A stretch of DNA of 64,000 nucleotides from the NCBI RefSeq assembly GCF_006345805.1, contig NC_043010.1:3596001-3660000 (forward strand), written 5' to 3'. Below are positions 52,018 to 64,000 of this stretch, piece by piece. The stretch comes from Octopus sinensis. Lineage: Eukaryota. The position numbers and the translations under genes were made by a program. Under the pieces are notes generated by a model. It searched no databases. It saw only the letters and a program-made list of their open reading frames with translations, and was not told the origin of the DNA. Every line of letters begins with the position of its first letter. The stretch's first letter is position 1.

Positions 52018-53022
52018 AAGTATGGATTCAGGACATCCGTATACCACAAGCCAACCTTTACTGGATGATACCTTAACTTCAATTCCCACCATCCATACAG
52101 TGTAAAGAGAAGGATTGCTCAGTACCTAAACATCATGCAAAGAATATAAGTAGTGATCGTGATACACAGCATGAGAAATGATCAAGCTCAATAACGATCT
52201 GTTAAGCGACAACTACCCCAAAAGTATACTATCTGCTCCAATTATGAAGAAGAGAGAGGATGAGGCCAATAAACTGTCCACAGTCTGTCTACTCTATGTG
52301 AAAGACCTCTCTGAAAAGATATAAAAGATATGCGGCCCATATGACATCAGGACAGTATTCAAGAGTATTACACCACTTCGCAAATACCTCCTTTGAGTAA
52401 AACCACCAATAAAAGAGAATGTGACCAAAGACTGTGTGTACTCCATCCCATGCAGCTGTGGTAGGTTATACAAAGGCGAAACATGCTACCTTCTCAAAAT
52501 AAGACGAACATTGCAAAGTTGTGACATGAGGAGATATTGATAAATCGGGTATAGCTGATCATGTATGGAAAAATGGAGACCATCTCCCCCTGTGGGATGA
52601 AGTTAAAATAATAGACAGAGAACACCACTGGAAAATACAGAAACTAAAAGAAGCAGCACATATGCTAGGACACAACAACCTCCTAAGCAGACCAAGTGCA
52701 GATATGAGCAGCATATGAGAACCGGTATTGAGGAAGGATAGAAAAATATTAGATTTATAAGCCCTAAAATTCACTCCATAATTGCCCACAGGCATATGGT
52801 ATAGTGGTTAAGAGCACTTGCTACTAACCCCAAGGTTCTGAGTTCAATTTCAAGCAGTGACCTGAACAATAATAATAATATTAAAAAAATACCTTAGGAA
52901 TGAGAAACCCAAGACACCTGATGAAGGCTAGAGGGTATATCAGCCAAAACATTGTGTTCACAACAAACAAGATGAGGACAAATATCCGTCAAATGTAAAT
53001 AATGTAAGTAATGCTCACTATT
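52018..53022 (+). mobile_element. Penelope-like retroelement 3' part (RT C-terminus, GIY-YIG endonuclease, 3' region with tRNA-like head and hammerhead remnant), degenerate
   Basis: Frameshifted translation gives RT-end KPTFTG..LNFNSHHPYSVK and GIY-YIG CVYSIPCSCGRLYKGET ... WDEVKIIDREHHWKIQKLKEAAHM. Confidence 0.88.
52911..52958 (+). ncRNA. Minimal type-I hammerhead ribozyme remnant (probably inactivated)
   Basis: aagacac CTGATGA a ggcta-gagggtatat-cagcc AAAAC ATT gtgtt; the consensus with other copies restores GAAACGTT. Both lesions fit CG>CA decay. Confidence 0.7.
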
Positions 53023-53340
53023 CCTGCCTAAAATCGAGTGAAACAGAGTTAATTTAACAAGATACCATCACTTGAGGAGATATGTCTGTACCAAGTGGTG
53101 AACCACAACCACTTGTACAATATCCCACCAATGGTGTATCGAAATGTGAGCAATAAAGTTTTTTGTATATTCCATTTTTCATCTCTATCATTCATCATAT
53201 ACTTGACATACGTTGAAGAATTCCTGATGTAGATCCAACAGTAATTGTATTAATACCGTGAATGACATCAGGTAGCTATAGTCAGTGAATGTGCTTCATT
53301 GGCTTACTACTAGGAACATAGCAACACTTATATTCTTACA

Positions 53341-53735
53341 ATCTTTATATATAAAAGTGAAGTTGTGTGTCTGTCTCCTACGATTTAGATTCCTAACTAC
53401 TCCCACATTTTGCGGTGCAGTTTAACCAAAACCGGGTATCTTATAGTCGTGATTCATATCGAGCCCTTCTGGGTATTAGCACGCGTCTACGATGAGTCTA
53501 CGATTTAAAAACAAATTTACCATCATTTTTTCCCATTTTTAATGCATTTTTGGCATATATAAGGGAAGTAACTCTCTAAAAATTTATTATTAAATCTCAG
53601 AACGTAAAAAGCTACAGTAACAACCCCCCTTTGTGGTTAGCCATATTGAGATGGCTATTATACTTTACATCTCTAAAAATGCTTATATAGTTATTTCCCT
53701 TACAAACCCGAGCAACGCCGGGCGATACAGCTAGT
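53341..53735 (-). mobile_element. Same Helitron-like repeat, reverse orientation
   Basis: Reverse complement of 33073-33470. Confidence 0.78.
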
Positions 53736-54589
53736 TATTTATAAATACACACACACACACATACACACATTATTTTACTGAAGCTAAAACGATTTCGCAA
53801 ACTGTTACTCAGAGTTTTGTGTAACCATTCACAAGACAGTCATGATTATTCAAAGCAATACAATAGTTAATAAGTGTTTATAAATATTCATGACCATCAA
53901 CTCCTTGAATAGATATTTAAAGCTGATTGGGTATTTACTTTTGGAAACACTAGTCTATTGGAAAGAGGTGATTGACCATCACAGAAAAATAAATAGACAT
54001 GAAGGTGAGTCACATAGAAATTAAAAATCAAGAAACTGGATAGTGAAGAATTCATAGAAACTGGTGTGGAAGAGACACATAATTAGAAAAACCCTATCAG
54101 AAATAAACTGTCGCAATTGATTAAAATAGAATTAAAATGGAAATAAGAATCAAGAACTAAAAATTAACATAATGGTAACTCAGTATCACAGACAAAAATA
54201 ATAAATAAATAAATGAATGAATTAAAAATAGATTAAACTAAGAAGGAGGAGGTAAAATTAGTTTTGGGAGAAAACAGAAGCAAGAATAATGCTAAAAATG
54301 AGAGGAGAAATAAAAGACGAAGGGAAAAGTTGTAGCTTGTGACTGAAGGTAAGAGATGTATATGTATGGGTTTATGTGTGATTAAGCGTCAATTTAGCTT
54401 GAAGTTCAAGGAATGTGATCCTCATAACTTTGTAAATAGTAACGAAGGAAAAAAGAAACACCAAATTAATTAAGTGTATTCTGTTCATTTTTTCCTCCCT
54501 CAAATTCAAACTTCTAATCCTGACAATTATGAAGAAATAATTATCTCCCCTCTATTAACTATCTGCTAGGGGACGCCACCTGTAAAAAC

Positions 54590-54787
54590 TAAGATGTATG
54601 TACACGCACACACACAAATACACACACACACACACACACATGTATATATATATATGTGTGTGTGTATATATATATATATATATACACATACACACATACA
54701 CTCTAAGATCTATCTATCTATATAATATATATATTAATATTTATGTATGAAATAGTAAATACCAATACATACACACACACGCACACA

Positions 54788-54835
<48 letters not shown>

Positions 54836-54965
54836 GTGTGTGTGTATATATATATGTATATATATACACATACACTCTAAGATCTATCTATCTATATAAT
54901 ATATATATTAATATTTATGTATGAAATGGTATATACCAATACATACACACACACACGTGCACACA
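54590..54965 (+). repeat. Tandem duplication, period ~174 bp, in a CA/TA-rich tract
   Basis: ctctaagatctatctatctatataatatatatattaatatttatgtatgaaat occurs at 54701 and 54875. Confidence 0.85.
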
Positions 54966-56206
54966 CTTACAGACACACACACACACACACACGCACACAC
55001 ACACACACACCACACACACACGTACTTGAAGCACTTTCAAACACTTACCTGCACACGTTCTCTCCCTTATACTCCTATTCTCATAGAAATTTATGAGACT
55101 TCTTAATTTTCAGGGAATAAAATAATAAGCTACATGATGCATGGTTCTCTCAGATATCGAGAGAATTATAATAAAACGGTCAGAATATTACTTCCACTCA
55201 ATCATAGGTTTAACTATTAGAAACAGTAAATGAATTAGAAACAATAAATGAAATGGACTATTGATTTTCATTGTAGAAAAAATCTCTCTTCCGCAGTTTT
55301 CTAACCACAACTGAAAGTTGTTCACTATCAGCTTTTGTAATGAACACATTAGGGAAGCAATTTCTGCAGTGTGAAGAACACTCCATAATTAAGGCCTTTT
55401 CTTTTTTATTCATTTATTTTTTGGTTATTTTGTTTGTTTCATGATATAAAATAAGTTTTGAGAATGAAAAAAAAAAGCATCAAATATAAACATTTAAAAT
55501 TATTTTTAATTAAAGTATGTAATATGAGAGAGAGAGAGAGAGAAGAGAAAGATCAAGAAATAGAATAATAAAGAGATGAGAGTATAAGAGAGACAAACAG
55601 AGTGAGAGAGAGAGGGAGAAAGAGAAAGAGAAGGAGAGAAAAAGACAAAATACACAGAGATGGTAATATGTGATAAAGAGAAGAGAGAAAGAAATTGAAG
55701 GGAGAGAGAAGAGGAAGGAAAGGAAAAACATTTGAGATTGGTTTTATTTTCTTTGGAAAATACAAAGTAAAAAAAATATCCATATAACTACCTATAAAAA
55801 ATTTGTCATTTTTTTAATGAATATTATTTTTTTAAGTATTAAGAGGCCAGATTATTCTTGAAGTGTAGATAAACAGTGAGCAGGGCATGTTAATGACTTT
55901 CGAGTAATAGGCATTAAATATCTAGAATGGAAAATTTATAATTGTATGTTGAATAAAGCTATGTTATATAGATCTGTGTGTACACATATTTCAATGCTTT
56001 AAGTGTGTGTGCAGTGTGTATAAAATACACATATGTACATATGTTTGTATGTGTGTATGTATGTGTATATACTTAGACACATATACGCACAGAGTTTTAT
56101 ATATATGTATATATGCATACTATCATCATTATTCAATGCCTGTCTTTCATGTATGTATGGGTAGGATGGTTGAGAGGAGCCAGTCAGGTAGAAGACTACC
56201 CAAGGC

Positions 56207-56306
<100 letters not shown>

Positions 56307-56460
56307 ATGTACAGGTATATGTACATCGTGTATAGATTCATATACTGTACATTCAATAATATTATGTGCAAGTGTGTGTGTATCTCTATATATGTATGTA
56401 ATGTGTGTATATATACATATGTATCTACACACACACACATATATATATATGCATATACAC

Positions 56461-56499
<39 letters not shown>

Positions 56500-56654
56500 T
56501 ATGTATATACATACACACACACATATATATATGCATACATACTTGTATATATATATATATATATATCATTTGTAGAAAACATAGATCTGGAGAAGAAGCA
56601 CACTGTAAGATGTAGAGCAGTGTATGTCTCTGCGTGTGTGTGTGTGTATATCTT

Positions 56655-57115
56655 TTATTCAAGAAAAGATGCACTCAAAACAAAGCTACACAATAGAGTA
56701 CATGCCAAATTCTTCAATAGTACCATCCTACCTGTGCTCTTATATGCAACAAAGACATGAGTTGCTACAATGCAATGGGCCATGGAAAGATCCATGCTAG
56801 GAATATCATAATGAGAGCATAGTAAGAATGAGATAATTCAAGAATGGAGCAGAGCGAACAGTGTGAATGCAGAGTACCAAAAGCACAACTGGGGTTGACA
56901 TGCTGGAAAACTTACAGACAGCAGGTGGGCTCATGCACTTGCCAAGTGGTATTCAAAATATTGAAAATAAGCCACCAGGAATGCCTCCACAATGATTGGA
57001 AGATGATTTAGTTAAGCAATTTGGGTTGAGATGAAAAAGAATGGTTGCGTCCAAGACAAAATTGAAGTGCATTGTGATCAGCAGTGTATAACAGCTGACA
57101 GTTTGGTTGATGCTG
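56655..57115 (+). mobile_element. Degraded RTE-1-like 3' fragment
   Basis: [36 protein letters not shown] with a homologous tail; another piece at ~49590-49800. Confidence 0.75.
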
Positions 57116-57253
57116 TGATATATGTGTATGTATGTACGTATGTATGTATATATATCTATATCTATACCTATCTATCTATCTATCTATCTATCTTCTATCT
57201 ATCTATCTATCTATCTATCCATCTATCTATCCATCTATCTATCAATCTGTCTA

Positions 57254-57286
<33 letters not shown>

Positions 57287-57392
57287 ACGTATATTCACAC
57301 ACGCACACATTCACCACATGTCTCTTCTTCTTCTTCTTTTCTACTTCTTCTTCTCTTCTTCTTCTTCTTCTCTCTCTCTCTCTCTCTCTCTA

Positions 57393-57442
<50 letters not shown>

Positions 57443-58127
57443 ATTGAAACAAAATTAGAGATCTATACAAATTAAATTTGTATAGATCCACCTCCATCTT
57501 TTATATATATATATGTTATTGTTATTATTATTATTATTATTATCATCATTATTATTATCATCAGGGAAAGTTGATTTTTCCATGCTTGCATGGGCTGAAA
57601 GGGTTCATGGTTCAACCAGTAGTGACGTGTGAGAGGACAGTGATGAGCACCAATGTCCACTTTGGCATAGTTTCTACAGCTTTTCCTGTGCCCTTCCTAA
57701 TGTCACCACTTTACAGAGTCACCAACACAAGTGAGTTTGCCAAGTCCATGCAAGACATGATCTCTCAAGTAAGTGAAGTATTGTATTGAAGCGTGTCAGA
57801 GTGTTGGAGGGACGGTCTTGCTGAATGCATGGCTTCCCCAGCTGGAGAGAGAGAGAGAGCGAGAAGAGAGGGGCATACTCTCAAGGTACATAATAAATAT
57901 GAGGGAGAGAGATTAGGGACAAAGGAAAAGAAAAAGTGGGTGGGTAGATAAGTGCACTAGTGTGAAAAGTGTGTGACTGATGATTAGAGATGGGGATTGA
58001 GGTGGGTACAGTGAATAATCAATCTGGGGGAGGGAAAGTGAAGGAAATAAGAGGGGGTCAGGAAGGCGGGGCGGAATAGGTGAGAAGAGACAGTAGTAGG
58101 GAAATAAATAGTATCATTTACAGCACC

Positions 58128-58166
<39 letters not shown>

Positions 58167-58478
58167 GGGAGAAAGAGAGAGAGAGAGGAGAGAGAGGAGA
58201 GAGAGAGAGAGAGAGAGAAAGGGAATAGTGTTGCAGTTTGACAGTTAATGGAGGAATGAGTGTTAAAAAAATGATACCAGGTCACTTGAGAGCATTATTG
58301 GTAACTTATGATCTAGTACAACCTACTACATAGCTGGGTTATCAGTGATGAAATTAGTAACCACACCAAGTTTGCTCAGTAAGCAGGGTAATTTTGGATA
58401 CCCTGCAGATTGGAAAACAAGACCTGAATATGGACAGAGGGACACAGGAAAGTCAGTTGCCATCCAATAATGCATATA

Positions 58479-58866
58479 GGTACAGGAGTGGCTGTGTGGT
58501 AAGTAGCTTGCTAACCAACCACATGGTTCCGGGTTCAGTCCCACTGCGTGGCATCTTGGGAAAGTGTCTTCTGCTATAGCCCCAGGCCGACCAATGCCTT
58601 GTGAGTGGATTTGGTAGACAGAAACTGAAAGAAGCCCGTCGTATATATGTATATATATATATGTATGTGTATGTGTTTGTGTGTCTGTGTTTGTCCCCCT
58701 AGCATTGCTTGACAACTGATGCTGGTGTGTCACTTAGCGGTTCAGCAAAAGAGACTGATAGAATAAGTACTGGGCTTACAAAGAATAAGTCCTGGGGTTG
58801 ATTTGTTCGATTAAGGGCGGTACTCCAGCATGGCCGCAGTCAAATGACTGAAACAAGTAAAAGAGT
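58479..58866 (+). mobile_element. SINE family A copy
   Basis: Full-length match to the other copies. Confidence 0.9.
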
Positions 58867-59088
58867 ATATATGCATGCTAAATATGTATGTGTGTGTTTA
58901 TGATTTGTGGCATGTTTTCATTTCATTCAAATGAGACAAGGAAGAAGCATATAAGTTCCATCTCCACCTCTCCAAAGTCTGTGGCAGCAGGCCAGAGGGG
59001 GCAAATGATACTGGTGGCAACATACTATCATTCTGCGCAAGTCTAGAATGTGGTTTTATAGCCTGGACGCATATCACATTAGATGGTA

Positions 59089-59321
59089 AGGTGGCGAGCT
59101 GGCAGAAACGTTAGCACGCTGGGGCGAAATGCTTAGCGGTATTTTGTCTGCCGTTACGTTGTGAGTTCAAATTCCGCCGAGGTCGACTTTGCCTTTCATC
59201 CTTTCGGGGTCGATAAATTAAGTACCAGTTACCCACTGGGGTCGATGTAATCGACTTAATACCTATGTCTGTCCTTGTTTGTCCCCTCTATGTTTAGCCC
59301 CTTGTGGGTAACAAAGAAATA
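59089..59321 (+). mobile_element. SINE family B copy
   Basis: Full-length match to the other B copies. Confidence 0.9.
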
Positions 59322-59961
59322 GGTACTGCTTACTTTGGCAATCTTTTGCATTCTCATACATTCTCAGCTGTCTTGACTTTGTCTTACCACTGAAAATGTG
59401 TGAAAATGGAGAATAGGTCCAATGTGCTCACAGCTCTTTCTCACTGTGTCCACTTCAGTTCCAATCTCTAATTATTTGTCACACCCTTCTCACACTCACA
59501 TGTGTGAATCTAGTAAGTATCTGTGCCTGTCAAGAAAGACATTGCACTAAGAAACAAATAATGTTATTGTGGTGGTTGGATATTTCCACACTGTTCTAAC
59601 AGTGAAAAACCATCACTTGTGTACTTTCAGGTATAGGCTAGAGTAGTTACAGTTCTCTGCCCCTATTCCAAGTGATTACATCCCTTGTGCTGCTTGGTAG
59701 TTTGTTATTGTCTTCATATAACTCATATGTCTTGAAGACAAATGAAAGACGTCATTGAAGCAGTGGGGGTTATCACAGATTTGCAAAAATGAAATGCAGC
59801 CACTTCCATAAACTCAGGTGCATAGAGGTAGTAGTATAGAAGAGAGAAGTTGTGATTTATGGGGATCCTGTGTATATATTAATATGTGTGTGTGTGTGTG
59901 TGTATTTATGTATATGAATATATGTATATCCATTTATATATACACATACACACAAAGGGTA

Positions 59962-60185
59962 TTTACGCTTTTACACTTTACTCTTTTACTTGTTTCAGTC
60001 ATTTGACTGCGGCCATGCTGGAGCACCGCCTTTAGTCAAGCAAATCTACCCCGGGACTTATTCTTTGTAAGCCCAGTACTTATTCTATCAGTCTCTTTTG
60101 CCGAACTGCTAAGTGACAGCGACGTAAGCACACCAGCATCGGTTGTCAAGCAATGCTAGGGGGACAAACACAGACACACAAACAT

Positions 60186-60216
<31 letters not shown>

Positions 60217-60387
60217 CATATAAACGACGGGCTTCTTTCAGTTTCTGTCTACCAAATCCACTCACAAGGCTTTGGTCGGCCCGATGCTATAGTAGAAGAC
60301 ACTTGCCCAAGATGCCACGCAGTGGGACTGAACCTGGAACCATGTGGTTGGTAAGCAAGCGACTTACCACACAACCACTCCTGCGCC
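59962..60387 (-). mobile_element. SINE family A copy
   Basis: Full-length match to the other copies. Confidence 0.9.
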
Positions 60388-60741
60388 TATTTGGGCTGAA
60401 TTTAGCAATTTTTATGTTACCTTGTGTTTTTTTTTAGGAACAGCTTGATGTATTGGTAAAAAGTTAATGGCATTGGAGAGCATGAAGATTAAAGTTGTAG
60501 CTGAGAAAAAGTTAGCTGACATGGGGGACTGGAAGCCATTTGAATATCAGGAAGGAGTTACCTGTAACACAATGATTTATGGTGGTTGTCAAAATACCAA
60601 CTGTTGTTCAATGTTCTGTGAACACTGTAACATTAAAATATTCCACTCTATGCGATGCCCCACGTATCATGAAACCAAATTCCCTTAAACTGTGATGGTC
60701 CTTGGGTGTATCTTCAGTGAAGGTGACTCACTCATGCCACC

Positions 60742-60973
60742 TGTTTCTTTACTACCCACAAGGGGCTAAACACAGAGGGGACAAACAAGGACAGACATAG
60801 GTATTAAGTCGATTACATCGACCCCAGTGCGTACCTGGTACTTAATTTATCGACCCCGAAAGGATGAAAGGCAAAGTCGACCTCAGCGGAATTTGAACTC
60901 ACAACGTAACACAGACGAAATACCGCTAAGCATTTCGCCCGGCGTGCTAACGTTTCTGCCAGCTCGCCGCCTT
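60742..60973 (-). mobile_element. SINE family B copy with 12-bp TSD
   Basis: TSD actcatgccacc at 60730-60741 and 60974-60985. Degraded partial B copies also at ~1013-1165 and ~11948-12110. Confidence 0.9.
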
Positions 60974-60999
60974 ACTCATGCCACCCTTCACTTTTGAAG

Positions 61000-61531
61000 A
61001 GGGTCTCAGGTTCAATTCAGGTGGTTGTGAAGCTGCTGGTGACTGTGGTCAAACCATGGCTGGACAGAGCTGTTATTGGAAGGTCAAATGCATGGTAGCA
61101 TGATTCAGTTGCTTGCCATTCATCCAGAAAGAGTCAGAAGTGATTATCAGAGAATTTCTATAACTTCACCAGCCAATTTCTGGTCTCCCAATTCCCTCAA
61201 TTGTAATCGCATGGATTGCTATGTGTGGGGTGCAGCTGAAAGGGACACCAACCATACTACCTGCAACACCAAGGCTGAGCTGGTGGCCAAGATCAATGAA
61301 ATTCTCAAAAGTCTTCCCAGGGACACAATGAGGAATGCATGTGGCTGGTTTTGGAACCATCTTGAAGCTGTGGCAGAAGTTGAGAGTGGCTACTTTGAGT
61401 AAAATGTTATCTCTCAGCTATAATCTAGTGGATATGTTTTTGATTTTTTAAGAATACTTCTATTATTAGATGGAATATTGTAATTTCATTTCCTTTTAAG
61501 CCAACTGTCAAATTTAGCCCAAGCACCCTAT
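61000..61531 (+). mobile_element. 3' half of a related mariner-like element
   Basis: FWSPNSLNCNRMDCYVWGAAERDTN..CNTKAELVAKI..LEAVAEVESGYFE*; TIR-like end ctgtcaaatttagcccaagcaccta. Confidence 0.75.
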
Positions 61532-61963
61532 ATGTATACTGGACTCTCTCACTGCTTTGACAAATGAAGAATCAGCAGAACAGTTGCGCAGTGTTCTTTG
61601 ACTTTTTGTTGTGCTGTATCATGTAGGAATTCAGGTCTCTCTGAGATTTTCTGATTTGGTTGTAGACATTGTAGTGGTGGTCTCTGTTACTTAGTGGTAG
61701 ATTGGACCTAGCTCTTATCTCCTTCAGAGTATTGATCCTGGTTGGAGATGTCTTGGTAGCAAGAGATCAACTGGGCTCTCTTCGGTGTTTCTCATTACCA
61801 TGTTTCCAAATTCCTTGTGCAGGGTTTCTAGCTGGTTTTTAGAGTGTCCCTAAAATGGAGTAGTGAATGGCCTTGGTGCCTGACACCAGAAATAATCTAA
61901 CCATAAAAGAGAAAACTGTAAGTGAGCTGATTTGGCCACATGACACACATAGAAGATACTTGC

Positions 61964-62001
<38 letters not shown>

Positions 62002-62214
62002 AATAAGGAGTGAATATTCAAATGTGAACACTCATAAAGATATCATTATTGTTACTATAATCTGTGGTGGATATAAATAATTGATAATAATAACAGCAAT
62101 AATATAGGTGGTTACAAATACACACACACACACACACCACACACACACACACAACACCCTATGTAATCAATTGTATCTGGACACCCATCTTATAATGAAG
62201 TACAAGTTTGGGCC

Positions 62215-62612
62215 ACTAAAAGAGGCAGCATATATGCTAGGACATAATAAACTCCTAAGCAGACCCAGTGCAGATATGAGTAGCTTATGGGAACTGGTAT
62301 TAAGGAAGGATAGGAAAATGTTAGATTTAAAATCCCTAAAATTCACTCCATAATTGCCCACGGGCATATGGCATAGTGGTTAAGAGCATGGGCTACTAAC
62401 CCCAAAATTCTGAGTTTGATTTCAGGCAGTGACCTTAATGATAATAATAATAATAATAATAACAACAACATTGGGAAAATACCTTAGGAATGAGAATCCA
62501 GGTTTGAAATTTCCCCCAGGACACCTGATGGAGGCTGGAGAGTACATCAGCCGGAATGTTGTATTAATAACAAATAAGATGAGGACAAAAATCCATAAAA
62601 TGTAAATAATAT
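62215..62612 (+). mobile_element. Second Penelope 3' fragment with tRNA-like head and hammerhead remnant
   Basis: LKEAAYMLGHNKLLSRPSADMSSLWELVLRKDRKMLDL matches the 52.6-52.76 kb protein end, followed by the same head, (AAT)n and hammerhead module. Confidence 0.85.
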
Positions 62613-62710
62613 ACTTATTTTCGCTATTTTGTTTTTTATATTGTTTATTACATTTACAATACACACAAACACACACATTCATGCAAACATGCATATATGT
62701 AGATAATACT

Positions 62711-62786
<76 letters not shown>

Positions 62787-63177
62787 TATCGTCATTCTTA
62801 TCATAGTTTATTTTACATCCGCTTTTCATGCTAGTAAGGGTTAAATGTTTTGACAGGATACAATTTGTTGGAGGATTGTGTCTTGCTATTGTGATGGCAT
62901 GGTTTCTATATTGAGGTGCCTTTCTAACAAAAAAAAAAAGAAATACACACACATATATATATGCAGAGTAGTTGGTGTTAGGGAGGTCATCTAGCTATAA
63001 AAACCCTGCCGAAACAGGCACAGTAGCATAGAATAGTTTTTCTACCGGGCCAGCTCCTGTGAACCATCCTATACATGCATACATGGAAGATAGACGTTAA
63101 ACAATGATGATGATATATTCATGTATGTATATGTGAATGTGCCTGTATATATGTATGTATAAATATTTATACACATA

Positions 63178-63236
<59 letters not shown>

Positions 63237-63246
63237 TATATATATA

Positions 63247-63656
63247 GGCGCAGGAGTGGCTGTGTGGTAAGTAGCTTGTTTACCAACCACATGGTTCCGG
63301 GGTTCAGTCCCACTGTGTGGCACCTTGGGCAAGTATCTTCTACTATAGCCTCAGGCCGACCAAAGCCTTGTGAGTGGATTTGGTAGACGGAAACTTAAAG
63401 AAGCCTGTCGTATATATGTATATATATGTGTGTGTGTGTTTGTGTGTCTGTGTTTGTCCCTCTAGCATTGCTTGACAACCGATGTTGGTGTGTTTATGTC
63501 CCCGTTACTTAGTGGTTCGGCAAAAGAGACCGATAGAATAAGTACTGGGCTTACAAAAGAATAAGTCCCGGGGTTGATTTGCTCGACTAAAGGCGGTGCT
63601 CCAGCATGGCCGCAGTCAAATGACTGAAACAAGTAAAAGAGTAAAGAGAGAAAGAG
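63247..63656 (+). mobile_element. SINE family A copy
   Basis: Full-length match. Partial copies also occur at ~27510-27645, ~34300-34458, 35076-35234, ~48975-49115 and ~50125-50300. Confidence 0.9.
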
Positions 63657-63973
63657 TATATATATATATGTATGTATGTATATATATATATATATATATG
63701 TATGTATATTTGTATATATGTATAGATAATTAATAAAACATGCATCAGAAATGAAGCAGACTCTAAAGAATAGAGCAGTAATTATTATAACAAAAATTTT
63801 GGATATAGGTTTTGTGTCCACAAGGCATAAGCCTTGCCAGTATGAAACCTTTGGTAACTTTATGTCCAAAATTTAAATTTGCAAGTATATATATGAGTAA
63901 TATTTGAATGTAAACATTTAAAGAAAGATATTATTATTTACATTTGATGGATATTTGTCCTCATCTTGTTTGT

Positions 63974-64000
63974 TAACACAACGTTTCAGCTGATATAACC
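63974..64000 (-). ncRNA. 3' half of a family-C hammerhead with intact GAAACGTT site (cut by the window edge)
   Basis: Minus strand reads tatatcagct GAAAC GTT GTGTTAAC; the family tail continues to 63933. Confidence 0.6.

Noticed and set aside
60440-60688. Acceptor-like tttttttag followed by a Cys-rich 73-aa ORF
   Set aside because: No recognisable domain, no donor or partner exon, early stops in frames from the acceptor, and it lies between SINEs.
61560-61930. Minus-strand TSPTRINTL, reminiscent of R2-like C-termini
   Set aside because: A single short motif with no CCHC or endonuclease signature; insufficient.

Overview
An AT-rich, microsatellite-dense eukaryotic window, most likely from an octopus (inferred from a coleoid-type protocadherin and octopus-like tRNA-derived SINEs). 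The only supportable host gene is a minus-strand protocadherin (3699-6143). One large exon encodes its signal peptide, 6 cadherin repeats, TM helix and proximal tail, with a strong acceptor just upstream of the ATG and a GTAAGT donor at 3740. The other ~58 kb is mostly mobile-element debris: several tRNA-SINE families, CR1-like, RTE and Penelope retroelements, a Gypsy pol remnant, mariner, hAT, Tigger and piggyBac elements, and Helitron-like repeats. Most long ORFs in the supplied track are microsatellite artefacts. The most notable signal is a module present four times (one cut by the window edge): a tRNA-Ser-like Pol III head joined to a minimal hammerhead ribozyme. It sits at the 3' end of a Penelope element and also occurs on its own like a SINE. 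There is also a second, non-canonical hammerhead-like family, several (TA)n-flanked fold-back palindromes, SINE/LINE pairs sharing 3' tails, and a candidate CCAAT-TATA-Inr promoter for the protocadherin 7.6 kb upstream. All family names and RNA structures were assigned by eye, with no searches or folding run.
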